From contig VJWM01000309.1 of NCBI GenBank assembly GCA_010909165.1, forward strand, positions 31,532 to 95,531: a stretch of DNA of 64,000 nucleotides. The letters are read 5' to 3'. This DNA is from Anthoceros angustus (lineage: Eukaryota; Plantae; Anthocerotophyta). Positions within the stretch are counted from its first letter, which is position 1; every line of letters begins with the position of its first letter. Position numbers and translations under genes: made by a program. The notes under the pieces were generated by a model. It made no database searches, was not told where the DNA came from, and was given only the letters and a program-made list of their open reading frames with translations. Below, in pieces: positions 59,973 to 64,000 of this stretch.

Positions 59973-62714
59973 TTTATCATCACTTATGGGATTATATTCA
60001 AGAAACAAAACAAGTATTCTTTTGAAAGTAAGAAGGTCTCAAGTCGATCAAGCTAGAGTAAGAAATTCTAAACTAATCCAACTAGAACAAGAAACTCTAA
60101 AGTGATCGTATACATTATGAGTTGTTTTCTAATGGATTTTGTCTAATCAACTAAATAAACAATCACAAATGATCAAAACAAAGAATGCATGATTCAATTG
60201 ATAAGTCAAAGCTTAAGATTTTGCATTATGAATTACAAATCATGAAAATTGTGCATGCGAAATGGCCGTGAACACAATAATCACGCGAGAAGTTTCAAAA
60301 GAATGCTTATTTTACGGTGAAAACTTATATAACTTTCTATTAATTTTTACTAACGGTACAGCCAACAACAAAGCTCTATGTGAAACTTATTAAGATTATG
60401 GTCTTCAAGAATCGCTTTCGCTTAATTACAATTTCTTTGAATCCTTCACATTCCAATCAATTATAATTAACTTGTTCCATTGGGCTCTCTTCGCATTGGT
60501 TTCTTCCGGTTTGTAACTCACTGCAAATTATTACCTACTCAAAATGCTTGAATTAGTATCTAATAGGCCTCTGGAGCAGGCCTCATAGACTCACATTAAT
60601 TAATCCAACATTGCAAATCGATGACCTCTTGAGTCATGACATGACAGGCCTCTTGCTTCCTCTATTTCTTGTGACAGGCTAACACTAACAAGGATGGCGT
60701 GAAGGTAATCGCGAAGAGTAAAACTTGGACTAAGTCAACATGTAGATCGTCGAAAATCAACACATAAAACAAAGAATTTGAAAACTCAAAACTTGAAATC
60801 AAAAATCAAAAAGTTGAGCCACAAAACAAATAAGGAAAATCAACAGCTCAAAACAAAGATCGAAATCCCAAAATGAATATAAACAAAATAAGTGCGGATG
60901 TACAATGTCATTTATTACACAACATTGTTTTGTTACAATGTACAATGCCATTTACAATACACAACACCACTTGTAAAATTTTCAGTTACGAATGCACGTC
61001 ACAATGAAAACGAAAATAGATCTTAAACATGTAGTTCGACCATATCTAAACATCTTTTATATATACACACATAGGTATATAGAATTTGTATCTTGCATTT
61101 CATTCAAAAGAAGCCCGTAGCCGTGCTGGACCAATGGGCGGCCTCGTAGGGCTCTTACAACACGCGCCCCAGAGGGGCCATGAATGAGAGGATGGGTGGC
61201 ACCCCATCTTATCATCGATTGGCGACAATGGAGTTCCAATGAGCTCACGTGTTTGGATGTCGCTCCTTCAAGGGAGGACTACAAAACAAATATTATTTCA
61301 CCTTTTGGCTTTTGATTCAACGTTTGAATGTGTCGTTTTTGTTTCAACCTTTTGTGAAACGAGACGCTTGTTTGCTTGATGCATTTTGCAACTTTTAGCT
61401 TAGCTTTAGCCTCCCTTGAAATGGTTGGTAGCACTTTTCTCTTCTTAAAAGCACCTTGACTACTTCTTGGAGCCAATAATTTTTAGTTGGAGCTTTTCTT
61501 AAAAGCAGCTTGAGGTTGAATTATTATGCTTAAGAGCAACTTGAATCTTGTTATCAAGTTGAGCAACAATGCTGGTCATAACTTCCATGTATAATTTGCG
61601 ATGGAAATCAATATTCAAAACTTGAGTGGAGCACTTGAATCTTGCACCAAGTTATCCCACTCATAGTTTGATTGTTCAATGATATTGCTTAATATGCTTT
61701 TGTGAACCGCAACGGTCCTTATGTTTAGAGGAAGTAGATAGTTTCTCTTGTCTCTTGAGATCTTTAAATTTATCTCTAGAGATATCTACTATTGCCTGGT
61801 ATAAAATACACTTCTTGGGTCCGAAAGTATTTTTTCACGCCATTCAAGTAATGCTTGCTTTATTTTTGTAATACTTGAGCATGTATTACAACAAGGTGCT
61901 TAGACACTTGACTTCCTTGAAAACTTGTTCGATTCGCATTGCATCTCATCAATGTGATGCGATATTAAATAAAGGAATGCGGCCGCCGTGACATGTTGAC
62001 ATTTTTCCAACATTTTGCCATAACTCCCTCGGTGTGAGTTGAGTTTAAAAGGCTAGCGAGATCGCTTGTTAATTAATGATAAAAGGATCTGTTAACACAC
62101 CAATGTTTTAAAACATAAATAAACAAAGATGTGTTATCAAGGAGAAAAGAACAAAACCCGAGCAAATAAAACAAACCACACCTACCTCGTATTAGCTCAC
62201 TTCCTTGTGCTCACTTCCCAAAGGCTCAGCTCTATAAATACTACATGTACTTGCTATTTCTAGCGTTAGGGTTTCACCCTCATCTCCTCCTTACAATAAA
62301 GAATATCCCATCCCTTGTTATTTCTAGCTAAGCATTCTTCTGCTTTATAGCTAAATATAATATATTAAATCACATTTACTCATTTTTCATGATGGGCTCT
62401 CCCATCATCTCTCCTCCCTCAATAGAACTTCATTTTTATTTCTTATTATTTGCAACTAGACATCATTTACTATGTTTTTCTTGTTTTCTCACCATGACTA
62501 CTTTTATGAATGCGGGTTTTAAACAAGGATGCGAGAATGGGCCCTCCACCGTAGGGGCATGGGGTCATCATCGACTTTACTTTTGCTCACGATGACTCCT
62601 AGAGATCATGAGTCTTCTCACAACCATACAAACCACTTCTTCTAAGGAGAGAAGCAGTGGTTTCTCCCAACTACTAAAAACTATCAAGACGCCTCCGTCC
62701 GAGGCGCATAAAGA

Positions 62715-63100
62715 TCATTGAAGGTGGCATAAGAGCACGGTATAATAAAACACCATTGAAGATGACATAAGAGCAATCAAGTGGCATAAGACAAGGAAAG
62801 TCGCATAATCAAACACCATTGAAGATGACATAAGACCATCAAGTGGCGTAAGACATTGAAAGTTGGCAACTAAATACCTTTGAAGATGACATAAGAGCAT
62901 CAAGTGGGATAAGAGCGAAAGTTGGCTCAATCAAACACCATTGAAGATGACATAAGAGCATTGAAGTGGCATAAGACAAGGAAAGCTAGCATAATCAAAC
63001 ACCATTGAAGATGACATAAGAGTAATCAAGGTGGCGAAGACAACAAAAGTGGCATAATCAAACACCATTGAAGATGATATAAGACCACCAAGGTGGCAAG
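62715..63100. repeat. Subterminal tandem array, about 60-64 bp x6-7
   Basis: AAACACCATTGAAGATGACATAAGA..AAGTGGCATAAGAC repeated. Confidence 0.9.
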
Positions 63101-63359
63101 AAAAAGCGCTATAAACTATAAAGTATATGGCATCATAATTGGGGACTTATCTCAATGGATAAATGTTTGGGGCAAAGAGCTTTTAGTATTCCTAATCGAA
63201 GCGACCCCATGAGCTGGGTTCCACAAGGCGTTGGTACACATTACTAACTCACCCCAATGCATTGAGATATTTTAATACAAGATTTGTTAAAACACGATAG
63301 TCTCAGACAATCATGGCGAGATTTAGATCACGCTACCCATGATCTAAATCTTGACCGCG

Positions 63360-63560
63360 GCGAGGGTCCGCCTCGGTTTGGCTCATCATCCGGCCTCTTC
63401 TCTTCCACATGCGCCAGCTGCCATCGACGATTCCGGTCCCATTTGGCCCGTTGTCCCGTGGAGGCAACGACAGCTACGCATGACGCCGTTGGCGGCCATG
63501 TTTTCGATAACTAAGGAGAGCGGATTTTTCCGTGCATGGAGCGCCCATATCCATTGCCGT
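63360..63560 (+). mobile_element. CRE-like non-LTR zinc-finger fragment
   Basis: RVRLGLAH..HLARCP..TATHDAV..SITKESGFF, homologous to 35900-36035(-). Confidence 0.6.
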
Positions 63561-64000
63561 AGGAAAACCCGGCACTCAAACGACCGGACTTGGAAACCTG
63601 TTGGGATGTGCACAAAGTGTTTTTTTTTGTTTTTGGCCGAGTGGTGTGAAAATAAGTCGGTTGAGTGAGGGAGGTATTTATAGAAATGTCCTTGGCCTAT
63701 GTTTTTCTTGTCTTGATTTTAGGTTAGAAAATAAATGGTCCGGAACTTGTTCCTTGGCCCATGGACTTGGAATGTCCACTAAAAGTCTATATATGTGAGA
63801 TAGGGGGTTGGAATAATTAGAGTGTGATAGGTCTATAAGGTTGGGGTCGACCGACTCGGCGATAATGAGTGTGGGGTCGCTGAACGACGGAGGAGGTCCG
63901 ACCGTAACCCGCGGCTTTTCTAAGACCGAGGAGTGTAGCGTGAGGGGAGAGAGGAAAAGGATGATGTGAGTGACGGATGAACGATACGGACGCGAACGGG

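Larger units (their letters stand above)
57573..63153 (-). mobile_element. TIR DNA transposon (possibly Sola2-like) with subterminal repeat arrays, a degenerate transposase-like region (about 57800-59480) and thymidine kinase cargo
   Basis: Left end GTGATCAATCCCTAATTATGGTACCATATTCTTTATAATTTATAGTGC matches the reverse complement of the right end, GAGATAAGTCCCCAATTATGATGCCATATACTTTATAGTTTATAGCGC; TGCCACCT motifs at left and AGGTGGCA at right; weak transposase remnants (EEHNGA, LCACVSC); no TSD seen. Confidence 0.65.

Noticed and set aside
62715-63100. CRISPR-like array of CACCATTGAAGATGACATAAG repeats
   Set aside because: The spacers resemble each other, no cas genes are present, the context is eukaryotic, and an inverted counterpart at 57.6 kb marks it as a transposon subterminal array.
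57080-63135. Direct repeats 57080-57352 and 62576-63135 as an LTR pair
   Set aside because: No PBS or PPT, no retroviral ORFs between them, and the terminus has an inverted partner at 57573.

Overview
Eukaryotic nuclear DNA from a land plant with a compact genome (introns mostly about 80-150 bp, short intergenic distances). It looks like a non-seed plant such as a hornwort or lycophyte, but that is inference only. A gene-rich block (about 14.6-33.5 kb) holds a neprosin-like gene, ELP6, a root-cap/LEA gene, a transglutaminase-like gene, an orphan, an intronless LRR gene and an OCT7/NiaP-type MFS transporter. It is flanked by nested transposon blocks. Left (1-14 kb): a TRM5-like gene head-to-head with an ELP6 pseudogene, a LINE, a Copia with an intact spliced antisense AT-hook gene, a thymidine kinase pseudogene and a Gypsy 3' end. 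Right (34-64 kb): CRE-like LINE pieces; a Ty3/Gypsy element whose pol carries a cytosine-5 DNA methyltransferase domain between protease and RT, split by a full-length Copia (5-bp TSD) and an internal inversion; a Sola2-like DDD transposase; and a TIR DNA transposon carrying an intronless thymidine kinase just upstream of a transposase-like region. Best candidates for new biology: the DNMT-carrying retrotransposon, the TK-carrying DNA transposon and the Copia antisense gene. Many TE frameshifts cluster at CAG/CTG sites and may be long-read consensus errors. All homology calls come from motif recognition by eye, not database searches.
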